Virus record (IMG/VR): IMGVR_UViG_3300009008_000003
Reading direction: 5' to 3' (one strand)
Origin: a virus
DNA length: 64,000 nt
Positions 39,780 to 48,280 of the stretch are shown piece by piece (positions within the stretch are counted from its first letter, which is position 1; the number at the start of each line of letters is the position of its first letter). Below the pieces are notes generated by a model. That model was not told the origin of the DNA, ran no database searches, and saw only the letters and a list, made by a program, of their open reading frames with translations. A program made the position numbers and the translations under genes.

Positions 39780-40166
39780 TTATTTATAACCTATAATATC
39801 TTTTTCCCATGCAAACGGGTATTCATATGTCTTTACCAAGTCTTTTAAGCAGTGATAAATATTTGCGCGTCCGGCAGGATTTAACGAATGGACTACAACT
39901 ATCTGAGGAAGCTTCTCTGGGTGATCCCTTAGCCATTCAGCAACTTCATAGCCAGTATCTGGCCCGGATTCTACCATGTGCTTACCACCAAGATCATGGT
40001 CTAAAAATATAATATCAAACTTTTCGCTTGACTCTAAGACTTCTATGCATTCTTTAACCGTGGTTACGTATACTATAAAGCGGTCTTTGCCCCCGTAATT
40101 TTTACCAAACTCGCCTATACGTTCTACATTATCTTCAAGAACTAGTATTTTTATCATTTTTATCAC
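39780..40166 (-). CDS. Cyclic-phosphate-processing receiver-like domain protein
   Basis: ILVLED, IIFLDHDLGG, TGYEVAEWL, VHSLNPAG. Confidence 0.75.
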   Translation of the reverse strand: MIKMIKILVLEDNVERIGEFGKNYGGKDRFIVYVTTVKECIEVLESSEKFDIIFLDHDLGGKHMVESGPDTGYEVAEWLRDHPEKLPQIVVVHSLNPAGRANIYHCLKDLVKTYEYPFAWEKDIIGYK

Positions 40167-40692
40167 CTAAGTAATTAACGTTGTTGGGTCGTTTACTCAT
40201 GATGACCTTCAGGTCGTCAAAAGAGATCGGGTAGAAATTATTGTTGTCTACACCTACATCATGTTGTTTACCTCTTGGGGGTAACCCTCCGTGCGAGTGC
40301 CCATATAATTGCCAGGCATTGAAATGTGATTTATACCATACACGCATAGCGTAGTGACACATAGTTATATAAATATCTTCTATTCTAGTATCTATTAGGT
40401 TTGTATGGGCTGCAAACCTAGAATGATTTGCTTTAGCTGATTTATCATGATTTCCCCATACTATGTTTATATTACCATTTAATCTATCTAAATAAACACC
40501 TGCGTCGGCTTTAAAGGCAAAGTCGCCAAGAAACCAAACCGTATCGTTTGGTTTTACCACCTCGTTCCAGTTTTGGATAAGAATTTCATCCATCTCCTCA
40601 ACACTGTCGAAGGGACGATTAGTATATTTAATTATATTAGCATGGCCAAAATGCTGGTCAGCTGTAAAAAACATATTACCAGTCAAGGACAT
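40135..40692 (-). CDS. Calcineurin-like metallophosphoesterase
   Basis: ADQHFGH, FLGDF, GNHD, CHY, GHSH. Confidence 0.9.
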   Translation of the reverse strand: MSLTGNMFFTADQHFGHANIIKYTNRPFDSVEEMDEILIQNWNEVVKPNDTVWFLGDFAFKADAGVYLDRLNGNINIVWGNHDKSAKANHSRFAAHTNLIDTRIEDIYITMCHYAMRVWYKSHFNAWQLYGHSHGGLPPRGKQHDVGVDNNNFYPISFDDLKVIMSKRPNNVNYLGDKNDKNTSS

Positions 40693-40990
40693 CCTCCTCT
40701 ATACTTGCTATGCCCCAGATCGCGCCTACGGCTATGTCTATTAACTCTGCTTGTACTTTGCCAGGGTTATTCTCACGCACAGCATCTTTAAGTTCATCAT
40801 GCTCTTCATCGACTATGCCTAGAATTTCATGGATAGAAACGAAAGCATGTTCGCCTTTTTGTTTCATGCGAGCTTTTAAAACTTCGTCTACTAGAAGTAT
40901 TGTCTTAGCTAATACTTCCGTTGATATTTGTCTGCGGTCAGTTTTTATTTCCATTTTGTTCTTCTTCCCACTCATGCAATAATTTTGCAA
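40676..40990 (-). CDS. MazG-like nucleotide pyrophosphohydrolase
   Basis: EE..EL..AV.......ELIDIA. Confidence 0.6.
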   Translation of the reverse strand: MQNYCMSGKKNKMEIKTDRRQISTEVLAKTILLVDEVLKARMKQKGEHAFVSIHEILGIVDEEHDELKDAVRENNPGKVQAELIDIAVGAIWGIASIEEDVLDW

Positions 40991-41315
40991 ATGATTTTTG
41001 TTCGTTAAAAGGTTCGTTTTCGATTACTTTTATTTTTATATCTTTAAAAAGATTATATATAGCAAAAGCCATCCCCATGTCAAAATGAACACCAGTTGAT
41101 TTAGAATTATAAAAAATATGTACCTGGTGTGATCCGTCTATTGCATCAAAGTTATCTTTACATATTTGAAGCCCTGGATTATTTTGATTTGTATCACGAT
41201 GCGGCAAATGAACCGTATGGCCAAGAGATTCAAGCCTTTTTGTGTAAGCTTCCAACTTTTCTTTGAAGGCATCATCCGCCTGCCTTACCATACATATGAT
41301 TGTTATTCTACTCAT
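40938..41315 (-). CDS. Nucleoside 2-deoxyribosyltransferase-like protein
   Basis: VHLPHRD, S.GVHFDMGMAFA. Confidence 0.65.
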   Translation of the reverse strand: MSRITIICMVRQADDAFKEKLEAYTKRLESLGHTVHLPHRDTNQNNPGLQICKDNFDAIDGSHQVHIFYNSKSTGVHFDMGMAFAIYNLFKDIKIKVIENEPFNEQKSFAKLLHEWEEEQNGNKN

Positions 41316-41335
41316 GTTTTCTCCTTTTAATTAAC

Positions 41336-41407
41336 CGGGACCGGGGGATTTGAACCCCAGACTCCGCCGTGACAGGGCGACGTGTTAGCCAGTTACACTA
41401 CGATCCC
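41336..41407 (-). tRNA. tRNA-Asp(GUC)
   Basis: UCGCC-CU GUC AC-GGCGG; G73. Confidence 0.9.
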
Positions 41408-41410
41408 GCA

Positions 41411-41647
41411 TTACAAGCGCTTGTCAGAAATTCGTTTGGTGGGTTTACCTAACATTTCTGCGACACCTTCTGCTACAGAGTTGATCGAGAAGCTTATAAA
41501 CTCCTGCCATTCTGTTTCCATGTTTACGACACAAGAATTACCGCCATCCGTGAGATAAATAATGTCACCAGAATAATCTACTCCCATTGCGTCAAGAAAA
41601 GCTTTGGCTCTTTCTAATTCTTTGTCAGTCATTTTTCTTCGTAACAT
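41411..41647 (-). CDS. Hypothetical protein
   Basis: ORF filling the gap between two tRNAs. Confidence 0.45.
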   Translation of the reverse strand: MLRRKMTDKELERAKAFLDAMGVDYSGDIIYLTDGGNSCVVNMETEWQEFISFSINSVAEGVAEMLGKPTKRISDKRL

Positions 41648-41660
41648 AATTTCCTTCCAA

Positions 41661-41734
41661 TGGAACAGGGAAGACTTGAACTTCCGACCGCCCGCGTATC
41701 AGACGGGTACTCTAACCAACTGAGTTACTGTTCC
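41661..41734 (-). tRNA. tRNA-Ile(GAU)
   Basis: CCCGU-CU GAU AC-GCGGG; A73. Confidence 0.92.
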
Positions 41735-42207
41735 TGGTTTCTTAACTTATCTCTTACTTTCATTAACGTTTTACCAAGAAGATTTTCACCTTCCCATTGT
41801 GTTTCGTTATGTATACGATTACTGTGCAACGGGATACCAATGCCCCAAACTGGGTCTTCTCTTGCCTCTACTAAGACTCTATCTCCTGTCTCCAATAAAA
41901 GCTTTTTAAGTTCTGGATTCTGTGAGAACTTAGCATAACAGGCCTGGAACATAACTTCTTCTCGTAGTTCGGCCCAGGTTTTTTCAACGTAGTCGGAAAC
42001 GCTACGCCCCAGAGCTTTTTGTTTATGTGGATCTTGTTCTTCTAAAATATACTTCGCCTTTTGTGGTGCATTAAAAGCTAACGCTTTGTGCCACATATAG
42101 GCTTGTTCACTTCTATTAAACTTTTCACCCTCGAGTGTAAAGTTTGCTGGATAGAAATTACTTAGTGGCCCGCCTGAAAAATATATATGCGTATCAGTCG
42201 TCTTCAT
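41725..42207 (-). CDS. NADAR (YbiA) family N-glycosidase
   Basis: LSNFY, SEQAYM..KA, K.LGR.V, KFSQN.EL...LL.TG...LVEA..D..WGIG, NLLG..LM.VR. Confidence 0.92.
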   Translation of the reverse strand: MKTTDTHIYFSGGPLSNFYPANFTLEGEKFNRSEQAYMWHKALAFNAPQKAKYILEEQDPHKQKALGRSVSDYVEKTWAELREEVMFQACYAKFSQNPELKKLLLETGDRVLVEAREDPVWGIGIPLHSNRIHNETQWEGENLLGKTLMKVRDKLRNQEQ

Positions 42208-42652
42208 ATTTCAAGAACTCCATGGCTTTTTTATATTTTTTCATTAACCTAACACTTTCATCTATAGAAAGCTTTTCGTGTCGTTCCGGAGACATGTTGT
42301 CCGGCAGATCAGCTGCAAGCTTTATAGTTCTTGCTATAAGATTCGCTTTTACTCTCTCTAGATACTGCGGGTAATCTTCTTTACCCATAGTATACTCCCT
42401 ACGTGTAATAGCATCCACCGCCTCTATAACTGTCTCAGAAAACCCTTCTTTTTTTAGATCATCCAAAGTCCAATCGGTGTCTTCCACAACGTCGTGAAGA
42501 AGCGCTACTATTAAAAAAGCTTCTGGGTATCTTTGCATCCTAACAAATACCCTCAGAGAATGTGCTACCATTGGTTTATCTGATTTATCTGTTTCCACTT
42601 CAAAGGCTTCGCACACTATGTTTACTGCTTTCAATATCATTGGGCTAATCAT
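42194..42652 (-). CDS. HD-domain hydrolase, RelA/SpoT/Mesh1-like
   Basis: P...H.LRV, ALLHDVVEDT, V.AVDAIT, A..IKLA..D.PDN. Confidence 0.85.
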   Translation of the reverse strand: MISPMILKAVNIVCEAFEVETDKSDKPMVAHSLRVFVRMQRYPEAFLIVALLHDVVEDTDWTLDDLKKEGFSETVIEAVDAITRREYTMGKEDYPQYLERVKANLIARTIKLAADLPDNMSPERHEKLSIDESVRLMKKYKKAMEFLKYEDD

Positions 42653-43343
42653 CTTTAAATATCTCCTCTATGGCGTTTTTACCTTCGCTTGTTAATTCTC
42701 TTGATCCTATTGCGGTTATCAGGGAATAAGGGCATTTTTCATTTAATTTAAATTTATTTATATCTACTACTCTCCAATTAGGTCTATAACTTGGACCGTC
42801 AAACCAGCGTTTCCATTGGCCAGCGTTTTGGTCGAATAAAAGTATTGGATAAATTAAATCGTCTTCCAATCTACCAATTTTTGGGCTGAATACGTTTATC
42901 CAGTGTCTTTTGCTTATGGATGAGTACAGATTGCTAGTTTTGTTCTTAGCTAATTTCATCTTGTCTTTAGCAAATTCTATTGCCCAAGCGGTACCTCCGG
43001 CAACGTTGCCTTTTTTATCTATATACCCCACTGCGTAAACTGCCTGCGATACACCGAAAAAGTTCTTTAGTTGTTCGGGCGCAATCTGGTAAAAATTACG
43101 CCTTAACAGGTTAGTAGAAAATTTACTTTTGCAAGGAAAAGACCTGTTTAGTATGTGAGATACGCGTTTTAATTCGTTATCAGCTAAGAATAGCTCTCCC
43201 TTAAGTACTAATCTTGGGGCTGCTGGTTTTAACACTTTATGGCCAGGAAAGGTTAAACCGTATGTGAAACAATTGTGTCTTTTTCCTGCTTTTGCCCAAC
43301 ATGTATCAGCCCCGATAGCGCCCCCGGACATCAGTTTTATCAT
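42645..43343 (-). CDS. SLOG/DprA-like nucleotide-binding protein
   Basis: SGGAIGADT, LLRRNFYQI, GGTAWAI, AIGSR. Confidence 0.7.
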   Translation of the reverse strand: MIKLMSGGAIGADTCWAKAGKRHNCFTYGLTFPGHKVLKPAAPRLVLKGELFLADNELKRVSHILNRSFPCKSKFSTNLLRRNFYQIAPEQLKNFFGVSQAVYAVGYIDKKGNVAGGTAWAIEFAKDKMKLAKNKTSNLYSSISKRHWINVFSPKIGRLEDDLIYPILLFDQNAGQWKRWFDGPSYRPNWRVVDINKFKLNEKCPYSLITAIGSRELTSEGKNAIEEIFKDD

Positions 43344-43402
43344 ATAATACTACCTTTTTTGCTTTATAGTAAAAATCTATACGCCATGTATAAACTACTT
43401 TA

Positions 43403-43413
43403 CTTATACCACA
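43403..43413 (-). promoter_or_regulatory. Extended -10 promoter motif TGTGGTATAAG (copy 1)
   Basis: Identical 11-mer also at 56651-56661; both are preceded by A/T tracts. Confidence 0.5.
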
Positions 43414-43610
43414 ATATTTTTATTTTTTTTTATTTTTATATTTCTACTTGCACCTTTCCGGTGTCGGATGTTCGGTAGACGAGGTGGTGGCATCGGCCAC
43501 CCAGAGTACCGTGGTGGCGCTATGGGCCACCCCTTCAGTAAAACATACTGGATGAAGGTAATAAGTCAGTCAGGGCGTTGCGCCCTAATTATTGAATTCT
43601 AGAAATATAT

Positions 43611-43737
43611 TGCGGGCGACTGGATTTGAACCAGCGTTCCTTGGTCACAGGAGTAGAGATCGTCTACCCGTTTATCCGTGCCTGATCAGAACACGACCCG
43701 TACGCAGAAAGGAGTACTCCTACTATACCACGCCCGC
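43611..43737 (-). ncRNA. tRNA-shaped RNA with about 57 extra nt in the anticodon arm
   Basis: GCGGGCG/CGCCCGC acceptor, GUAU/GUAC D stem, GCUGG-UUCAAAU-CCAGU T arm, CCUU/AAGG stem enclosing two hairpins. Confidence 0.8.
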
Positions 43738-43742
43738 ATGAA

Positions 43743-43823
43743 AGCCGGTGAAGGGATTCGAACCCCTGCGGGTTGCCCGGCTGCTTACAAGGCAGCTCCA
43801 ATCGACCGCTATGGGACACCGGC
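43743..43823 (-). tRNA. tRNA-Thr(UGU) with a long variable arm
   Basis: GCCGGUG acceptor, GCUGC-CU UGU AA-GCAGC, V-arm CGGG-CAA-CCCG. Confidence 0.8.
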
Positions 43824-43828
43824 GTAAA

Positions 43829-43902
43829 TACACCCAGGAAGATTCGAACTCCCAACCTTCTGATCCGTAATCAGTGGCTCTATCCAATTGAGCTATGGGT
43901 GC
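43829..43902 (-). tRNA. tRNA-Arg(ACG)
   Basis: CUGA-UU ACG GA-UCAG. Confidence 0.9.
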
Positions 43903-44363
43903 TTGGAATTAAACTCATGCATAATAGCTGATTCCAAAAGTTTTTCTCTTGGTACAGGTTCTCCCTTCTTTCTGAATTTATAAGATATAATTGTACCACA
44001 TCTTCTAGAACAGCAAGCAAGGCTATTTTTTAATCTTCTTTTGGCCTTGATAAAAACCGTACCGCAATTTGGGCATTTTAACTTTACCATGGAAACACCT
44101 CTACCCGCGCTATGGTATTTGGTATGCGCTTTCCTTGTCATCAGTTCTAAATTGTTTAAAACGTTATTGTGCCCATTATTATCTATATGATGAACTATTT
44201 CATCTTCTGTGAGCTGCCTGCCCAACTCATTTTCTATAAGAACACGATGCAAATACACATAACCCTTCTTAGTGGCTTTCGGGTGTGTTGGGATAGTAGA
44301 ACAATAATTGTACTGGTTTTGTTTTATTATATTTTTGATTTTCCACATTATTAACCTTTTCAT
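43893..44363 (-). CDS. HNH endonuclease with Zn-ribbon
   Basis: YLHRV...VHHIDNNGHNN...NL; CPNC and CCSRRC. Confidence 0.85.
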   Translation of the reverse strand: MKRLIMWKIKNIIKQNQYNYCSTIPTHPKATKKGYVYLHRVLIENELGRQLTEDEIVHHIDNNGHNNVLNNLELMTRKAHTKYHSAGRGVSMVKLKCPNCGTVFIKAKRRLKNSLACCSRRCGTIISYKFRKKGEPVPREKLLESAIMHEFNSKHP

Positions 44364-44467
44364 TGAAACGAATGAAAGCCTCTCCGCTGCCAGATCACCC
44401 TAAAGCATGCTGGGCCTAGCTCACTTCATCGAGGCCCAGTCGTACGCCTGTTTTCATTCGTGATTTA

Positions 44468-45298
44468 TTAGTCTAGGAATATTACGTTCCGTGCTGCGGC
44501 CGCCCTGCCTTCGGTGTTAACTATGACAAGATGCCAAATATTTCCAAGGTCTACAGTCGCGTGTTCGTCGTGGGTTATACGTCCTTTTACGTATACTTTG
44601 GGATCCCGTACTCGTCTTTCAAAAACTATACGACGAGCATCTTTGTTTTCTCTAATGAGCTTCTGGTATTGCTCTTCAGATAGATTAGAGAAGGAAGGTC
44701 CGCCATATTTATGGCTGCGCCCAGTATAAGTAACGGTTCCACCAAAACGCATGAGGTAATCAGCGGTATGAGGATTGCCGCCCTGCGCCAGTGGTTCTTT
44801 TTCGTGGATAATAGTAGAGCCACTATCAGGATCGAAGTACGGCTTCGGTACGAAACAGAATTCTCCTTGTCGGATAATTTTCCGACCATCTTTCATTTTA
44901 CGCCTACGCTTGTGCAGATCTTTTCCTTTAACCCCTGCTTGTGCTTCAATTTCTACAAGCTCTTTCGGTTTAAGGGCCTGTTTGGCTTCACGCACGTTGG
45001 AGGCTCCAGCGGTTTCTGGTATTGCGGCAGTAAACCAATTACGTTCATCGTGCCCACACAGAAAACGTGCTTTAGGGTTATCCGGGTCACGGATCATCAA
45101 TAACAGATGACGATCAACCGGCTGCGCATCAAGAACATGCATCTCGATATCTTTGTTGTTGAGGATGATATCGAAAAATTCTCCTTGCCCATCTCGGCGG
45201 ATATCTACTGTTACATTACGACGCCAAAGATCGTTAACTCGAACCTTTGCCCGTGCGCCGATTTTTTCGAATTTTTCCTTAACTAGGTCAGTATGCAT
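44468..45298 (-). CDS. Conserved phage hypothetical protein
   Basis: 276-aa intact ORF (RQGEF.FVP, GGNPH, H.EH.T); no function recognised. Confidence 0.65.
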   Translation of the reverse strand: MHTDLVKEKFEKIGARAKVRVNDLWRRNVTVDIRRDGQGEFFDIILNNKDIEMHVLDAQPVDRHLLLMIRDPDNPKARFLCGHDERNWFTAAIPETAGASNVREAKQALKPKELVEIEAQAGVKGKDLHKRRRKMKDGRKIIRQGEFCFVPKPYFDPDSGSTIIHEKEPLAQGGNPHTADYLMRFGGTVTYTGRSHKYGGPSFSNLSEEQYQKLIRENKDARRIVFERRVRDPKVYVKGRITHDEHATVDLGNIWHLVIVNTEGRAAAARNVIFLD

Positions 45299-46002
45299 TA
45301 CTTATCCTTATTTGCTTCTTCTTTTTCCGGGTTGTAATCGACTCTATTATGATACTGAGAGTCGAGTTCTTTTTTAAGAACAGCCTTTATAACCCTTAGC
45401 TCTTTTACTTTGAGTTCATCTAGCTGTTCATCATCCGCGAGTTGATTGATCTTGGATTCAATTAAATCAACCCTTTCCTTAGGTTTATTGAGTTTTCCCG
45501 CTAGGAATAAACTTCTAGCGGCAGCATCTATGCCGTCACAGATCATTAAGATACAAGCTTCTGTTGTTTCTGGTTTTGTAGTCTTGTAACGGAATGCTTC
45601 AGGATTTTTCTTGTCTGATTTTTCAAAAAATGGCATAATAATAGTAGTACCATGATGCTGCATTGCGACTTTAATGACTTCTGAAGGAAAATCATTTTGC
45701 AACAAGATTTCTGCGGTGTCGCTTGCATGGCGGCTAACTAATTGGTATGACATTGCTGGTTTTAAATCATCATGTATATTGTGTTCATCCTGATTTTCGG
45801 TAAAATGCAAAGGATGTTTCATCTTACCTACATCGTGGAATAGTGCAGCAAGCTTTAACAACTCTTTATCTGTGCCGGGCAATTCAGCTGCGATTGCCTC
45901 AGCAAGACCAGCGGTTTGTTCGCTGTGCTTTACTGTTCCAGGAGCGGCCGCTTTAAAAGCTTCCAATAGTGGGTGCTCTAGGAATTCTTTATAGTCCTTC
46001 AT
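45298..46002 (-). CDS. Soluble HD domain of the PgpH/7TM-HD (cyclic di-AMP phosphodiesterase) type
   Basis: PGT..HS, LAEAIA, ALFHDVGK...FTENQ, QHHGTT, FRY...P.T.EA.ILMICDG.DAAARS. Confidence 0.8.
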   Translation of the reverse strand: MKDYKEFLEHPLLEAFKAAAPGTVKHSEQTAGLAEAIAAELPGTDKELLKLAALFHDVGKMKHPLHFTENQDEHNIHDDLKPAMSYQLVSRHASDTAEILLQNDFPSEVIKVAMQHHGTTIIMPFFEKSDKKNPEAFRYKTTKPETTEACILMICDGIDAAARSLFLAGKLNKPKERVDLIESKINQLADDEQLDELKVKELRVIKAVLKKELDSQYHNRVDYNPEKEEANKDK

Positions 46003-46074
46003 ATATCCTCTATGTTTATAACTTATTCAATTCTACTTTGGTCATCCTCTTGGGATGGCGTGAGAGCGAGTGGA

Positions 46075-46322
46075 TTTTATTAATTATATTAATTAATATT
46101 TAATTGGGTAAAGAGGTAGCTCGTGAGTAACTATCTGTGAGAAATGTCTAATTGTATGGTATTTGAAATTTTTATATATCAATTATTTTATAAAAATCAT
46201 TTTTTATAGAATAAATGTGTTTAAAAATTGGTAAATACTATATCCAATTGGACTTTTCTAAAGATTTAGTTTCGTGCTACGGGTTTTAGGTAATTAAATA
46301 TTTAATAATATAATTAATAAAA
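46075..46322. repeat. 248-bp AT-rich imperfect palindrome
   Basis: Outer 31-bp arms 46075-46105/46292-46322 and inner 13-bp arms 46184-46196/46201-46213 share the centre 46198.5. Confidence 0.85.
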
Positions 46323-46487
46323 ATAGCGGAACGCAATGCGCTTGTTCCACCTTACAGATTCAGGCGATGCGCCTGACTATTATTTGAATCTAGAATTGAA
46401 AGTAATTAGTGTCTGGCTTTTAAGGAAAGCTGGTTTTAGCTAGCCTTATTCAACCTTCCAATTTACCTTTAACTTATTACTTATCAG

Positions 46488-46561
46488 TACCCAAGACAGG
46501 ATTCGAACCTGCGAATACTGGGCTGAAAACCCAGCGTCTTCGGCCACTTGACTACTTGGGC
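46488..46561 (-). tRNA. tRNA-Glu(UUC)
   Basis: CUGGG-UU UUC AG-CCCAG. Confidence 0.88.
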
Positions 46562-46656
46562 TGGTGCCGGGGGGAGGATTTGAACCTCCAAATGCGTGCG
46601 AATGCGCCTGAAAGCCCCGCTCCTAACGGTGCGTCTGCCAGTTGCGCCACCCCAGC
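46562..46656 (-). ncRNA. Leu-like tRNA with an aberrant anticodon arm and encoded CCA
   Basis: GCUGGGG/CCCCGGC-ACCA, Leu-type D arm; CCGUU-AGG-AGCGG leaves only a 3-nt loop; long variable region. Confidence 0.65.
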
Positions 46657-46668
46657 TAAAATTTAAAC

Positions 46669-47385
46669 CTAGAACACTCTTCTTATACCATTATATTGGG
46701 TATATATTTTTTGACCTTGGGCTGATTCCCATTCGAGGTCTTTATGAAAATGGCCGCTGTACCAGAATTTAAATTCTGTACGAAGTTCTATTTCGTCAAG
46801 AATCTTGCATACCGGGTCATTTAATTTGCCGCCTATTCCTGGAACCTGCATTGCATACCAAGTTGGTAAAGTATGGGTAAATATAAAATCAACTTTATAG
46901 TTTACCTTTTCTAAATTAGCGAACCCATTATCAATTTCTTTGTAAGACGGGGTTTCTTCTCTCCACCATGAAATGCCTGGTGTTCTATCAAGCTTATCTA
47001 TGGAAGTAGCGCCGCCCATTACAAATACTTTTTTATCCCCAAAGGTATAAACTTCACCCCTGCGAAGATGGAATACAGAATCATTTACTTTACCAACCGG
47101 GCCACCGAACATTATAACGGTTTTTAATTTAGCAAGCCGTTGAAAATTCTCATGGTTACCGTCTATGAACACGGTTGTCCATGGCTTTTCATGCAGCCAA
47201 TTAAGCCAGTATGCTTCGTGTTTGCTTTGTGTTTGTTGGAAAATAAAACCAAAATCCCCCAACACGCAAACTATGTCGTTTTTGTTGAGGTCTTTACCTT
47301 CGGGAAAATATGTGGAATTTAAATAGGACATCTCACCGCAGTAGTTGCTGTGTAAATCACCTATTGTATACATACACATACACAT
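46669..47385 (-). CDS. Calcineurin-like metallophosphoesterase
   Basis: GDLH, LGDFG, GNHENF, THT, GHFH. Confidence 0.9.
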   Translation of the reverse strand: MCMCMYTIGDLHSNYCGEMSYLNSTYFPEGKDLNKNDIVCVLGDFGFIFQQTQSKHEAYWLNWLHEKPWTTVFIDGNHENFQRLAKLKTVIMFGGPVGKVNDSVFHLRRGEVYTFGDKKVFVMGGATSIDKLDRTPGISWWREETPSYKEIDNGFANLEKVNYKVDFIFTHTLPTWYAMQVPGIGGKLNDPVCKILDEIELRTEFKFWYSGHFHKDLEWESAQGQKIYTQYNGIRRVF

Positions 47386-47498
47386 AATAAAAACCTCCTT
47401 TCTTTAGTACTCCTGGGTGGATTCGAACTAGCATTTATCCTTAAGAGAGTTGAACTCCTCTTCGCCTATTGGGCGTGTCATCCGGACTCTGCAGCGAG

Positions 47499-47584
47499 CG
47501 GAGAAGGAAGGACTCGAACCCTCATCCCCGAAGAGAACGGCTTTCAAGGCCGGTGCGGTCATCCAGTTACGCTATTACTTCTCC
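47499..47584 (-). tRNA. tRNA-Ser(UGA)
   Basis: CGGC-CU UGA AA-GCCG; V-arm UCUC-UUCG-GGGA; G73. Confidence 0.85.
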
Positions 47585-47587
47585 TTG

Positions 47588-47842
47588 TTATGGTCTTTCA
47601 ATAGGACCGCCTGGTCCGCCTGGTCCTGGCTGTATCTTATATTCACTTTTTAACCTACTTACTTTAGGCATATCGTCAATCTCTTCTGTCCACCATGTGC
47701 CACGAATTCTGCCATCTTCGACTTCATCATCTTTGAGCTTCTTGATTATTTCTTCAAGCTGCTCATCGGTAGTATTTTCGTCTATAGTGCAAATGACCTC
47801 TGGCTCATTTAACATCTCGCCTCGGAACATTAGTAGTTTCAT
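47588..47842 (-). CDS. Hypothetical protein
   Basis: Intact ORF. Confidence 0.45.
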   Translation of the reverse strand: MKLLMFRGEMLNEPEVICTIDENTTDEQLEEIIKKLKDDEVEDGRIRGTWWTEEIDDMPKVSRLKSEYKIQPGPGGPGGPIERP

Positions 47843-48087
47843 ATTATTATCCCCATATCACGTGCTTTTTGATTCATTTTCCAAGTGAGTTCAAACTCAG
47901 GAATCATTTCATCTGCTGCTTTATTTATGCTACGTCCGGCAAGTAGTTTTACAAGAAATTTAGGAAGGTGTGTCCCCTTTTCTACACGTTCTATAAATTT
48001 TTGCCTTTGGAAACTTACGTATTCTTCAAGTGTGCTGTCAAGATGCTGTCTTAAAGTGTATGCTGTTTCATCCATAATAATCTCCAC
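47839..48087 (-). CDS. Hypothetical protein
   Basis: Intact ORF coupled to the previous one. Confidence 0.45.
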   Translation of the reverse strand: MEIIMDETAYTLRQHLDSTLEEYVSFQRQKFIERVEKGTHLPKFLVKLLAGRSINKAADEMIPEFELTWKMNQKARDMGIII

Positions 48088-48105
48088 TTATTTTGTTTTA
48101 CCAAA

Positions 48106-48178
48106 CAGACGCGGAAGGACTTGAACCCTCATTGCCGGGACCAAAACCCGGTGTCCGGACCAATTGGACGACGCGCCT
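48106..48178 (-). tRNA. tRNA-Gln(UUG)
   Basis: CCGGG-UU UUG GU-CCCGG; G73. Confidence 0.9.
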
Positions 48179-48280
48179 AAAAATATATGCAAAGTCGATC
48201 TTGCACGACCACTCGCCCATCAGCTATGAACCGACTGCTGGTTCGGGGGCATGCTCCCCGACAACTTTGCATATAATAAA

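Noticed and set aside
47407-47480. tRNA-like fragment (GUUCGAAUCC, CAGGAGUA)
   Set aside because: The T stem and acceptor do not pair and there is no D arm; at most a decayed remnant
48184-48275. Hammerhead ribozyme (CUGAUG...GCAA)
   Set aside because: The core deviates from CUGANGA/GAAA at two invariant positions
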